Assembly: GCF_016432865.1 (NCBI RefSeq)
Contig: NC_067399.1
Span: 2,852,001 to 2,916,000, forward strand
From: Antechinus flavipes
Taxonomy: Eukaryota
Direction of reading: 5' to 3'
Length of the DNA: 64,000 nucleotides
The position numbers and the translations under genes were made by a program. Shown piece by piece: positions 25,170 to 37,429 of the stretch (position 1 is its first letter; the number at the start of each line of letters is the position of its first letter). Under the pieces are notes generated by a model. It was not told the DNA's origin. It did no database searches and saw only the letters and a program-made list of their open reading frames with translations.

Positions 25170-27292
25170 TATTATTCAACATTACATTGAAAATCTTAGC
25201 AATAGCAATAAGAGAAGAAAAAGAAATTAAAGGAACCACAATGAGGAATGTGATGATAAAACTAATTTTTTTGCAGATAATATGATGACATACTTGGAAA
25301 ATCCCAAAGATGCAACCAAAAAGTTAGTTGAAACAGTATTTTTAATGAAGTAGCAAGGATATAAAATAAATTCACATAACCATAAGAATTCCTATATAGA
25401 ACAAACAAAACTCTGCAAGAATGGATGGTAAAAAAAAATTCCATTTAATATAAACTTTAGACAGTATGAAATACCTCAGAGGTAACCTAAAATAATGAAC
25501 CCATGAAGTATATAAAAACATATAAATATAAATAAAATCAGATTTAAATAATTGATGTGATATTAATTGTTCATGGGTAGGGAGGGCCAACATAATAAAA
25601 ATGGCGATTTGACCAAATTAATTCAGAAATTTAATATTACCCAAATAAAATTACCCCAAAACTACCTCACTGAATTAGAAAAATTAACAACCAAAAAAAA
25701 AAAAAAAGAATATCAAAGGAAGTAATGGAGGGAAAGTGTAAAGGAAGGAGGTTTAGCAGGACCAGATCTCAAATTATATCACGAGGCAGTAATTATCAAA
25801 ACTCTCTGGTATTGGTAAAGAAATGGAAGAGTAGATCAATAGAATAAAGTGGGCATACAATTTACAACAACAAATAAATATAATAATTTTGTATTTCACA
25901 AGGATAAATATTTTGGAATAAGAATTCATTATTTGATAATAATTCTTGGGGAATCTAGAAAGCAGTATGATAAAAAAAAAAAAAACAACTAGGCATGGAT
26001 TTTCACACCATTTACCAAGATAGGGTAAACATGAATATTAATTATCTAGACATAAAGAGAAAATTTATGAAAAAATTAAAAGAAAATGGAACATATTGCT
26101 CATTAGACTTATGGATAGATTGAACAATTATGGATAAAGAAATGATAGAGGGGCAGTTAGGTGGTGCGGAGATAGAGTTCAAATCTGGTCTCAGACNNNN
26201 NNNNNNNNNNNNNNNNNNNNNNNNNNNNNNNNNNNNNNNNNNNNNNNNNNNNNNNNNNNNNNNNNNNNNNNNNNNNNNNNNNNNNNNNNNNNNNNNNNNN
26301 NNNNNNNNNNNNNNNNNNNNNNNNNNNNNNNNNNNNNNNNNNNNNNNNNNNNNNNNNNNNNNNNNATTGATAATTCCAATTACATTAAATTTTTAAAAAT
26401 GTTTTGTACAAATAAAATATATAGTCAAGATCATAAGGAAAGAAGAAAACTGGAGAAAAAAATTGTGAATAGTTTATTAAATAAAGATCTCATATCTAAG
26501 ATTTATAAAGAACTTTGTTGGATCTACAAGAAAATGAGTCATTATCCAATTAATACATGCTCAAAGTATATGGACAGGGAGTTTTTTTAAATAAAAAATC
26601 AAAACAACTTATAGCCATATAAAAATGCTCTAAGTTATTATTGATTAGACAAATGCAATTAAAACAACCTTGAGATATTTTATACACACCAGATTGGCTA
26701 AAATAATAGGAAAGGAAAGTAGAAAATGTTAGACAGAATATGGAAAAGTTGAGACACTAATTCATTGTTGGTGGAAGTGTGAACTGATCCAACTCTTTTG
26801 GAGAGCAGTTTGAAATTATGTCCTAAAAGTTATTAAAGTACCTATAGAATTTGACCCAACAATACCATTGCTTGGTCTGCTTCCAAAACGATTAAGGAAA
26901 AACAAAAGGAACCCATATGTTCTAAAATGCTTATAGCAGCTGGCTTTATGGGGACAAAGGACTCAGTATTGCAGGGCTGACCAATAATTGAGTAATGGCT
27001 GAATATGGTATATATGATTGTGATGGAGTACTCCTATGCTGTAAATAAAAGCATGTGTACAATAATTTTACATATGTGTGGGTATACATACACCTATTTG
27101 TGTGTAATAACAATCTCTATGGTATAGGGCAAGGAAGAAAAAAAAAGAAATTTACATAATTTTGCTTTGTATTTGAAAGGAATAAGCAGCCGTACACAGT
27201 AGATTTGCAGTTTCATGTGCAATCATCTTTTTTGAACTATGTTATGGAAATGCTTGTTTTATTCCATAAATTTTTAAAAAATTAAAAAAGAA
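25170..27292 (+). mobile_element. Old L1 ORF2 RT to 3' end, with SINE fragment (26150-26196) and gap
   Basis: tttgcagataatatgatgacatacttggaaaatccc (decayed FADDM motif); C-terminal motifs; A-rich end. Confidence 0.8.
26197..26365. other. Assembly gap (N run)
   Basis: Seen directly. Confidence 1.
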
Positions 27293-27499
27293 GCGATCTG
27301 TCAAAGCCAGCATGAGTATGTCTTGAAGAAGGCTGCGGAGGAGGGCTGTGGGCCCCTGATTTGTGGAAAACCTGGTGCCTGAGGTGCTGTCCACTTCCTG
27401 ATTCTGAGAAAATTACATGGAAGCTGAGAACCTGTGGCTCCTAATGGGAGCATCAGGTCCGCAGCTGAGTAGCAACTACCTTTACCACGGACCTAGATG

Positions 27500-29200
27500 A
27501 GAGCCGTCCCATCTTGGCAGACTTCCAAGGAAGGGGAGCTCACCCCTACTACCGCAGCCCACGAAGTAGCCCCTTGCGTTGGTCCAAACGTCCTCCTGAG
27601 GTCGAGCCTAACAGCCTCTTGGCTCGTCAGTGCATCCCTCTCCGAGGTGTCCTCCGCATAGGAGACCATTTCCTGCAGGGGACAGGAACAGGGAAAAGAA
27701 GGAGTGGGGGGTGTCTCTGGGGCCTAAAGAGTTGACAGAGGATTTCCATCAAGTCAGTCTATCATTCAGCATTTATGAAGCACCCACTAGGTACCAGACC
27801 TCGTCCTAGTCACGAAGGCGCCAACAGGTACATGTCCCTGCCCGGCTCACTCCTCGGGCCAAAGAATCCGACTCCCTGGCAAACCTAGAAATCTCCCAAA
27901 GTAAAGTAGCCAACTGTCAATCGCCACCAGCTCCTTCCATGTTGCTTCCCCGTTCCGTTCCTTCCCCTTTCCCAGAATCCAGGGCCCGCGACTGGGAAGA
28001 GAGAGAACTTTCTTCACCCAAGTCCCAGAGTTCATCTATCTAGCTTTTGGCTGAGCATTTTCGTGGACAAACACCCTTTCCCTGGTGACGGGATGAAAAG
28101 GCGCCCGGATCTGGATTTCTTTGGAAAGGAGCCGATTGCAGAGGGCAGGATGCTGCATCTGAGGCACAAGTTCCCTCGGATGGGCCTTTGTTGGAGGTGC
28201 TCATCATGCGGAAGTTCCAGGGGCACTCATTCCTTTGCAGGAAGATCCGGGGGGAATCGGGGGCTGGTTCTCGAGCCAGGCTCGTCTCACAAGCACTTCT
28301 CAAACGCCTGCGTGGAGATCCCAAGGACAAAAGCAAAACCTTCCTGCCCTCAAGGCGCTTCATTCTGGGAAGCTGCAGCGCACAAGGATTTGGGAATCCC
28401 CTGTAAGGTGGGGGATCTGGGAGACCCCCGGATATGCAGAGCCGGCCGCCCTGAAAGGCTCTCCTTCCCGCCCTGCTCCGGCATGGCTGTGCGCGCGCTT
28501 GCACACCTGGGGGCTCATCCGGGCCCGCTCGGAGCACACCCGTAGGGATTCATCCGGGCCGCCCGGAGTGGCTGTGCGCGCGCTTACACACCCGTGGGGG
28601 CTCATCCGGGCCCTCCCGGCGTGGCGTGGGGCTCTGCCGCCTTCCTGCAGCTCCCCGCACTGGGTGATTCATCTGCATCAATAATGGAGCAGCCGTCCGT
28701 CTGCGCGCCCGCTCCTCGCTGTACACACTAATGATATGCATGATTGGCTATTGCTATAAAAATGCACCATAAATTTTTTAAAGATAATTCAATGACTGAG
28801 AATGAATCAATACGAGCCGCGGCCGCTCCAGAAACACTCTCTCCGGCTCTCTCGGAGTCATTAGACACTCGGCTTGGGGAGAGCAGCCCGGCTGTTAGCA
28901 CAGTGATCGGCTTCCTCCCCCCACCGGATCAGACGGACGTGCATCTCACAAGCGCCTACTGTATGCCCGACCTTGGCCCGCCCCGCAAAGGGAAGCGCGG
29001 CTTCTTCTCACGTCCGCCTCGCGAACGCTCCCTTCTTTCCCATTGCTTTGTCTGCAGACTCTCACTGCCTCCTGCCTACAGTCCTTGGGTCCTCCTCAGC
29101 TGGCCGCTGGCCTTCCCAGAAGTCTGTAGCCAGAACTGCACGTCGGGGGGACCGACCCTTCCAACCAGGGCAGTGTGGTCCCTCCGCATCTCTTTGGCTT
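27500..29200. promoter_or_regulatory. CpG island with GC-rich minisatellite and CCAAT/TATA-containing AT-rich core
   Basis: High CpG retention versus flanks; ATTGG 28743-28747, TATAAAAA 28755-28762. Confidence 0.65.
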
Positions 29201-29284
29201 TCCATGTGACACTGATGGCACAACTTGCGGGTTCAGACCAATGAGCAGTTTGGGAAACTCCATCTCAGAGGCTAGGCTTACACA

Positions 29285-29410
29285 ATCATAAAATTAGAAC
29301 TGAAAAGCATCTTAGAGACCATCCAGAATTAATTCCCTGGTATTACAGATGAGGAAACTGAGACCCCGGGAGGGGGATATCCCAGGGGTGCAGTGAAGAA
29401 GTGGCAGATG
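29285..29410 (-). mobile_element. MIR fragment
   Basis: cttagagaccatcc...ttacagatgaggaaactgagac. Confidence 0.7.
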
Positions 29411-30059
29411 TGACTGAAATCCACATCCTTCTTCTTTACATGGAACCCCAAAATATGAGGGTCAAAGGGCCTTGCTGGCCTCTTGGCCAATCCCTTCCAG
29501 AAGGAATTTCCAGGATAGGAAACCTGCCAGATGGTTGGAGCCATTCTCTGCTGCCTCCTTGGCAAACTTCTGGGGGCCCCGAATTCCCTTGGAAAGCCTT
29601 CTTCCAGGCTGCAGGGAAGGAGGAACCCTCAAACTTTGGGCTGGAGTGGAGAGTCACAGAATTCTCTCCTTCTCCAGTTGTGGGCAGTTTTGCTCCTCTG
29701 TGTCCATGCTCCGGGGCCCCAGAACTGCTCCTAGTCATTGCCCAGCTCCAGCTGGGATCTGTTAGCCACGGCCATGAACTCGGTGTTCACACAGGAGAGC
29801 TCCTTTATCCTAGAGCTGCGAGGGGGCATCTGGGGCTGGGGAGGGGGAGGGTGACAGGGATCCATGTTCTAAGGAAACCACCTTGTTAACTGAATGGAGG
29901 ATAGAGTGAAATGAAGTGAGACTTCAGGGGAGGGGACCAATTGAGAAGTGATTGCTGTGGTCCAGGTGAGAGGGAATGAGGCTGGAGAAAGGGATGAATG
30001 AGAGAGGGTGTTGTCATAAAGAGATGGAGAGATCCAGGGACTTCCTGGGGGGGGGGCAG

Positions 30060-30250
30060 GAACTAACACACCCATTTATCTGACAGACTAAAAAGCTTCC
30101 CTATTATTTGCCCTCACAGTCCTTGGAGGTAAGTGCTAGGATGATCCCCAACTGACAGAGGAACAAATTGAGGCAAACAGAGGTCAAGGAAATTGCCCAG
30201 AGGAATGCAGCGAGGACTGATCTGGATTGGATTTGAAGATTTGAACTCCG
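30060..30250 (-). mobile_element. MIR/MAR-type SINE fragment
   Basis: gacagaggaacaaattgaggcaaacagaggtcaaggaaattgccc...ggatttgaa. Confidence 0.7.
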
Positions 30251-31169
30251 TGTTGTTGACTGCAGGGCTCTCCCCCGAGTACCTCAAGATGATGAGTGAG
30301 GGCGCGCCAAGTGGAACACGTAAGCTCGTGAAGGTAGGGAAGCCCAGGTGAAGGGGAGACCTGTGAAGCAGGAAGGCCGGGAGGGCCTGGGGAGCTGTGG
30401 TTCCATGATGTGAAAGCACCGTGGCCAGCTCAGGCTTAGCTCAGAGGAACATTCTGAAAAGCAGCCTAGAAACCAATGGACCAATAATTACAGAAAGAGG
30501 CCTCGGCTCCAGGCCTGGCTTCCTGAGCCTCAGGAAGGACTTTCCTGTGCTTCTTTCAGTGACTACCTACCTTCTGCAGACTGCTGATGAAAGGCCCATG
30601 GGCCCTCAGCTCTTCAAGGCGGTCATCACGTCCAGATGTCCAGGAAGACAGGGCTACCCTTGGCAGGGCCTCCAGCCAGCAGTAGCATCCTCTGCCCATT
30701 CCCCAATACCCATCCCCCAAGTCACTCACACCATTTGGGGACAGAGTGAGGAAATCAAGGGAGAAAGGCAAGCCTATTTCTGAATAATACATTATTAAGG
30801 ATTGATAAATCACGAAAGGCAGTGACTTTATTAGCTTATAAAGCGCACGGGCCAGCCTTAAATTGTTAACATGTCCTGTTGCTTCCCACACTGTCCCTAC
30901 CTGAGACAGCCGTGTGTCATCTTAATTCATGGTCTCATTATCATTTTGTGGCTGGTTACAGAGCATGGCTTGGGGTGTGATGGTGGGCAGAAGAGGAGTG
31001 TGGAAGTAGGGGGAAGATGGGCAGCGCCTTCCCAGGAGCAGGAGAAGAAATGAGGATGGAATTAAGAGACCACAGACTCCAGCTCCTGGGAAAGTGGGAG
31101 CTACATCACTCCCTTCACAGTTTAATTCAGCCCATCCAGCACTTATTAAGCCCTTTATATATGTATGAG

Positions 31170-31316
31170 AGGGAGGAGAAAGAAAGGGAGAGGAGGAGAC
31201 AGAGAAACAGAGATAGAAAGAGAGGAGGGCAGAGAAGCGGACAGAGTGAGAGAACAAGAGTGAAAGAAGGAGAAAAAAGGAGAGGGGGAGGAAGAGAGAA
31301 AAAAGAGAAAAAGGGG

Positions 31317-31385
<69 letters not shown>
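31170..31385. repeat. GA-rich low complexity ending in (GA)n
   Basis: Seen directly. Confidence 0.9.
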
Positions 31386-32599
31386 TGAGAATTAATTTAG
31401 GTCACATCACAGTGAGGATTCTCTTCATAGATAAGTCAGACTAGGTGGTCACTGAGGTCCCTTCTGACTCTCAAATTCTATAGCTTTGAGTCTCTGAAAA
31501 TAGCAGGACTTCTGAAAACACACCCTTTGATTGATCAGGCTGGTAAGTGCACAAGACAGATATGTACCAGTCATGGATGACACAGCTTGTTCCACTTCCC
31601 AGCTCAACCAGCTGTTGACCCTTATCTTCTGGGATTATCTTCTATGTCCTCTGCACATAGCTCATGTGCTCCTAGCTATTTACATGATGTCTCCCCCACC
31701 ATTACTTGAAGGAAAGGGATGTTTTTGTCTTTCTTTCCCCCACACTTAGCACAATGTTTGCAATACAGAAAGCACTTAATAAATGCTTGACTAATAGTCA
31801 CACAGAATTCTCTCTGTTGACCACCTATCATTTAATAGATACTGTGCATATTACTAAGGCATTGGAGATTTAAAAGGAAGACAGGACCTGACATTGTTCT
31901 GAGAATAAAATGTATGTATAGAGAAGTTAATACAAGACATAAACTAAGTTCCAAGAGGTATTGGTTAGGGAATAAGCAGAAACTGGATAACGAGCCCTGT
32001 TCTCAAAGAAGTTACAACCTAAATTGGGAGGGTCCCATGGCAAGGGGGAAATGGAGATAAGAATCACAAGAGAATGAGAGGACATAGGATGGGGCAATGG
32101 GGTCTGACCTTAACATGCGTAGGGAACATTCACGCTCCTGAGGCTGGCAACATAACTCACTCTGGTGTTCTATGGGACTTGTCACAGTGCTCTCCATTAG
32201 ATGTTCCACTCAGAGCTTGCGATAAACACAGCTATTAATGTTTTGGAGTGCTAACTTACACAGCAGATGTCAGAGCCCGAATCCCAAAAGTTCCATAGTC
32301 AGTCACACTCACCTAGAAACTACAGATCATTTCCTCCTCCCGGACCATGTCTGTATCAGTTACATTTTCTTTTCTATTCCCAGGGTTATTCACAAATAAA
32401 ATTGTAGAATAATAACCCCAGGGAACATGCGTTTATATTTTGTAGTTTGAGATGGACTTTGTCATGGATATGGGCAAATCACAAGATATGCCCAGAAACC
32501 TAAGGCTGGAAGACTCCAACCCTGGAACCCGAGGCCCAGAAAAAGAAAGGATTTCAAAAAAAACCCCAGAAATTGAGAGTTGTAAGGGACCATAATGCT

Positions 32600-32910
32600 C
32601 TTCTGTCCAAACAGTGCACAAAAACAAAACTTGCTATAGTACATCCAACATGTTTCCCAGAACTGCTATCTATATGCTGCCATATTTGGAGAGTTGGGTT
32701 TTTGTACCAAGGCAAGACTTTACATTTCTCTATGTTGAATTTCATCTTGACAACTTTGGCTCAAGACTCCAACTTGTCAAGAACTTTTGGGATTCGGGCT
32801 CTGACATCTGCTGTGTAAGTTAGCACTCCAAACTTTGAGTCATCTATGCATTGGATGAGCATGCTGTCTCTGTTTTTATGTAAGCCATTGACAAAAATTT
32901 GAAATGAGGC
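32600..32910 (-). mobile_element. L3/CR1 RT C-terminal fragment
   Basis: Minus frame MKFNIEKCKVL matches the CR1 KFN..KCKVL motif. Confidence 0.75.
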
Positions 32911-34099
32911 AAGACAATATACAGAGATTACGGGGATATTTTAATGGGAGAATGTCAGCTTGAGATGACCCAGAGAAAGTTGTAGGAGACAAACCGAACC
33001 CAGCAAAACCAAACATACTTCAGCATTTCAGATTCACAATGACAACATTCACAAGGCTAGTACCATTCAAAATGATATTTGGGAGTAAGTCCTCCAAGTT
33101 CACATGGTATTTTTATGGATTTGATACCAAAATATTCCTTAAGGAAAGAGGAATATAATGAATTCAAGAAATATGCATTCATCGTGGATGGATCATATCA
33201 GTATAATCATGACTATGTTATCATTGTTAATTTACAGAATTATTGCTATGAAAAACTAACAGAGACCTAACTTTGAAAAATGAGATATAATAATATAAAA
33301 TGCATTGGAAGGTACAAATGATCTAAATTATCAAAGAAAAGAATGAAAAAGCTAGGAAGTCAAGTCAAGAAATACTGATTGTATATCTCCAATATGCTAG
33401 GCATTGTGCTAAATGTTGGAATTCTATGGGTTGAGGGAGTAATAGTACTTTCAGACCTCAAACAATATTTTAAAGTAATAATTATCAAAACAAGTTGTCA
33501 GTAATTAAAATAGAAAATTATTATAGTAATGGAAGGGGCTAAATGAGAAAGAAGGAAAAAATGAGGAATTCAACCTAGAGTTTGACAAACCTGAAAACAC
33601 AATTACTTATAAAAGAACTCCCTATTAAATATAAACTGCTAGGAAAACAGGAAGATGGTCTGGCAGAAATAAGGATTAGACCAGTATCTTGTACCATATT
33701 ACACATACGATTCATAGAGATTCATAGAGATGTGTGAATGTTAAATATCCTGAATATTAAAAATCCCATTTCTTAAAATAGAAGTACATCAATTCTTTTT
33801 GCAACTATAATCAGTAAATAGATTCCCCCAAAATTAATGTATATAGCTAATTATAAAAACCTTAACAGATCATTTGAACACATGAAATTGAAAAGCTTTT
33901 TTAAAAATATGCTATAACCTTACTCATATAGAGATGATGGACTCAAATGCTAAATGAGAATTTATTTTTAGGACATGGTAATTGTCAGAAACCTCTTTGT
34001 TTTATTAAGCATATTTGTAATAAAGCTTATTTTGTTTTTTCTTTTCAATTGGAAGGTAATGGTGTGAGAAAGGGAAAGTCGATTTTTGTTCATTAAGCC

Positions 34100-34460
34100 A
34101 CTCTAGTTTCTCCCTATTACTTCCAATATAAAATATAAAATTCCAGGTTTGGATTTCCTAGCCTTTCATAACCTGAGATTTTTCCACTCTTCTCACACTT
34201 CAGTTGTGTATAATACTCTTCAATCCAGTGACATCAGCCTTCTTGTTTTGATTACACATAATACCCATTTCTCTGCCTCATGAATTTTCAAAGACTGATA
34301 ATTTTGCCTGAAATTCTCTTCCTCATGATCTCCATCACTTGGACTTCCTTACTTTTTTCAGGTCACAATTAGAATATCACCCTCTTCAAGAATCCTTACA
34401 AGTCCCTTTTTTCATCTTAGTGCCTTCCCTTTATTGATTATCTCTTTTTTTCTTGTATAT
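34100..34460 (+). mobile_element. L2 fragment
   Basis: ctccctattacttcc...ttgcctgaaattctcttcctcatgatctcc...ttattgattatctc. Confidence 0.65.
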
Positions 34461-34479
34461 TCATCTTGTCTATACTTAA

Positions 34480-35520
34480 TTGAAAAAATAATGAAAATAA
34501 AAAATATATAAAAATAAAATTAAAATGGCCAAAAAAGGAAAATATCTTACATATAATTAATTCATATAGGTATAAGAAAAAGGGAAGTTTTTTAACATGG
34601 GAAAAAGTTTTTCTATCAGCTGTCTCTGATAAAAGTTTTATACTCAATATATAGAGATAACTAAGAGAAATACGTTAGCATAACATCCATTCACCAATAT
34701 AGAAGACACCAAGGAAGCAAAACATAGAGTACTTAAATTAGTTGCAAATTATGAATAAGTTCATGGAAAAATTTTCACTTCACAGTGAGAAATGAAATAT
34801 ACATTGAAACAATGCTGAGATTTCATTTCATATCCTTCATCCCCTTATATCTAGAGTTCCCACTGCTAGACAAGATGCCTCAAGGAGATGGCTGGCAATG
34901 ATGCAAAGTATTTATAGAAATACTTTTATAATAACAAAGGATTGGAAACAAAAGTAGATGCCCATCAGTTGGAGAATGGCTAAAGAAATTGTGCAGAAAT
35001 ATAAAGGTATTACTCTGTTGTAAGAGAGTTCTTAAATTAGTTGCAAATGATGAATAACTTCATGGGAAAACTTCACTTCACAGTGAGAAATGAAATATAC
35101 ATTGAAACAATGCTGAGATTTCACTTCATATTTAGAGAGATGGCAAAGTAACCTCTTAAAATAGGAATATTCAACATTAGCAGGGTTGTTAGAAAAGAAG
35201 GAATATTAATGAAGTGATGGGACTAACAATTGGCACAAACTCTTTTGGAAAATGATTTGGGATTATAAAAGAGGGTATGACTAGAATGTCTATACTCATA
35301 AATAGAGTTCCCACTGCTAGGCAAGAAGCCTCAAGGAGATGGCTGGCAATGATGCAAAGTATTTATAGAAATACTTTTATAATAACAAAGGATTGGAAAC
35401 AAAAGTAGATGCCCATCAGTTGGAGAATGGATAAAGAAATTGTGCAGAAATGTCAAGTTATTACTCTGTTGTATGATGAAGATTATGAATAAAAAGAAGT
35501 CAAGCAAAATCTGCATGAAT
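34480..35520 (+). mobile_element. Ancient L1 ORF2 C-terminal fragment with internal duplication
   Basis: gatgcccatcagttggagaatgg present twice; acaatgctgagatttca present twice. Confidence 0.7.
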
Positions 35521-36972
35521 TGATATGAGTCAAGGAATCTGTCTCTGACTCTGTCTCTTTTTTTTTTATCTCTGTGTCTGTCTCTACATTTCTGTTCTTC
35601 CCTGTCTATCTGTTTCTCTTTCTCTTATACACACACATGCGCACACATGGCCCATGAAGAGCTGCTTTATCTCCTGGAAAATGCTGAGCTTGAGCCAAAT
35701 CCCTCACCCCTGTCTCACCTGTCAGGCATCCAGAAGACTGTCCTGAACACTCCCCCTTCTGAGCCTTCCACATTATATTTCTCCCCAACTAGGAATGAAG
35801 AAAGATCCCCAGCAGTCTCTGAAATATGACTCTTGTCGTACTATGGAGGGAAATGATGCTCCTGTCTGCTTTGGAGATGTGGAGTGCATAGACAACTAAA
35901 GCAAGGAGATGGTCCATGATTGCTCCTATTACAGACTTCTTGGAGGAAATTTCCTCTGCAGACAGAATCACAGAGTAGCCACTCTCATGACCTGGAGAAG
36001 GTTTAGTATTGTTCCGCCTTTCTAAAGTCTTGTTCTCTCGTACCTTCAGGACCAAATTTAAAATATGTCATTTAGTACCATGATTGAAAAAAATCCCTTC
36101 CTTCTATCCACTCTGCCACCCAGCTGCCTCTAAGGTATAAGCTGATGGCTCACAATACTCAGTTGAAGGTGTTCAGCCTGGAAAGGAGAAAGCTGGGGAT
36201 TGGGGGAGGGGAAGTTGATTTAAAAAAGGTTTATGGAAAAGGGATGTGACTTACTTACTTTGCATCAGAGGGAAGACCCAGAGACAAAGAGAAGAAATCA
36301 CAAAGCCCAGAGATCAGCACATTTTCTAAAGTAGAATATTCTTCTCCAGAGGGACCACCTCCCACCTCCCCACCCCAGCCACCACTTCAGTGGAGGTCTG
36401 CAAACAGAGGTTAGAGGATTCTTTTTTGGGGGTGTTATAGAGATGAGGTATGTTCCATTAGGAGATGAACCTAGTTCCCTGGAAGACTGTTCCCACTCTG
36501 AGCATCTGCAGCCCTGGCAACAAACGGGTGGGCTGCTGTCCAGAGTGTTTTTCTGTCTCTCCGGACTTAGGGAGAGAAAGGCAAAGTGTTGCATCCCCAT
36601 GAGCAGGATTAGCATTCTAGTCATTTTAATAACTATAATTTTTAGCAGAGACCATTTTTCGTTCTTTTAGAAACACATAAAATCCTTCAATTCAGGAAAA
36701 AGAAAAATGAGCCTGAGTCTCCATTAGCAATGAGCTCTCCATGAGGTTCTGTGTTGGGGGTTTAGGTCGGAGAGCAGAAACACATTAGAAACATCCGTCA
36801 CCATGAGCTCTGTGCAGGCTGGGCAGCCGCCAGGACCCACTAGGCATTTCCATCTGTTCTTTCTAATTTCTTGATGCAGCACAATGGAGAGCGCCAGAGA
36901 GGGTCAAATTCATAGCCTCAGAAAAGTCCTCAAGACATTTATTTGTATTAAGCTTGTGTGGATGTGCTTGTT

Positions 36973-36981
36973 TGTGTGTGT

Positions 36982-37024
<43 letters not shown>

Positions 37025-37062
37025 GGAGAAAAGCAGGGGAAGAGAGAGAGAGAGAGAGAGAG
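36973..37062. repeat. (TG)n followed by (GA)n
   Basis: Seen directly. Confidence 0.9.
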
Positions 37063-37429
37063 GCAGCAGAGGGGGAGGATCTAATGATATTTTCAGAGAG
37101 AACCAGATGCTCCCTAGTGGTTTTACCTCCATGAAGGTGGTGAGAGGATGATAAGAATTGGAGGATAGCCTATACAAAGGAAGAAAGACAGGAAATGAAA
37201 TATTGTATCTCAAGCCTAGCAAGAAGGCCAGTTCGGCTGAATGGTAGATTGTCTGAAATGGAGCAATTCGTACTGGCTCTAAAGGCACGTCAAAAGCAGA
37301 TTACAAAGGCCTTAAAAGGCCAAACAGAGGAAGATCCATTTGATAGTATATCAAACATCTTTAGTAGGGGCAATGGAAGTCACTGGAGATATTGGATAGG
37401 GGAATGACATGGTCAGCTAGCTGACCATT

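Noticed and set aside
28744-29244. 166-codon ORF after the TATA-like box
   Set aside because: The called start lies upstream of the TATA box; CpG-island composition explains the open frame; no recognisable protein
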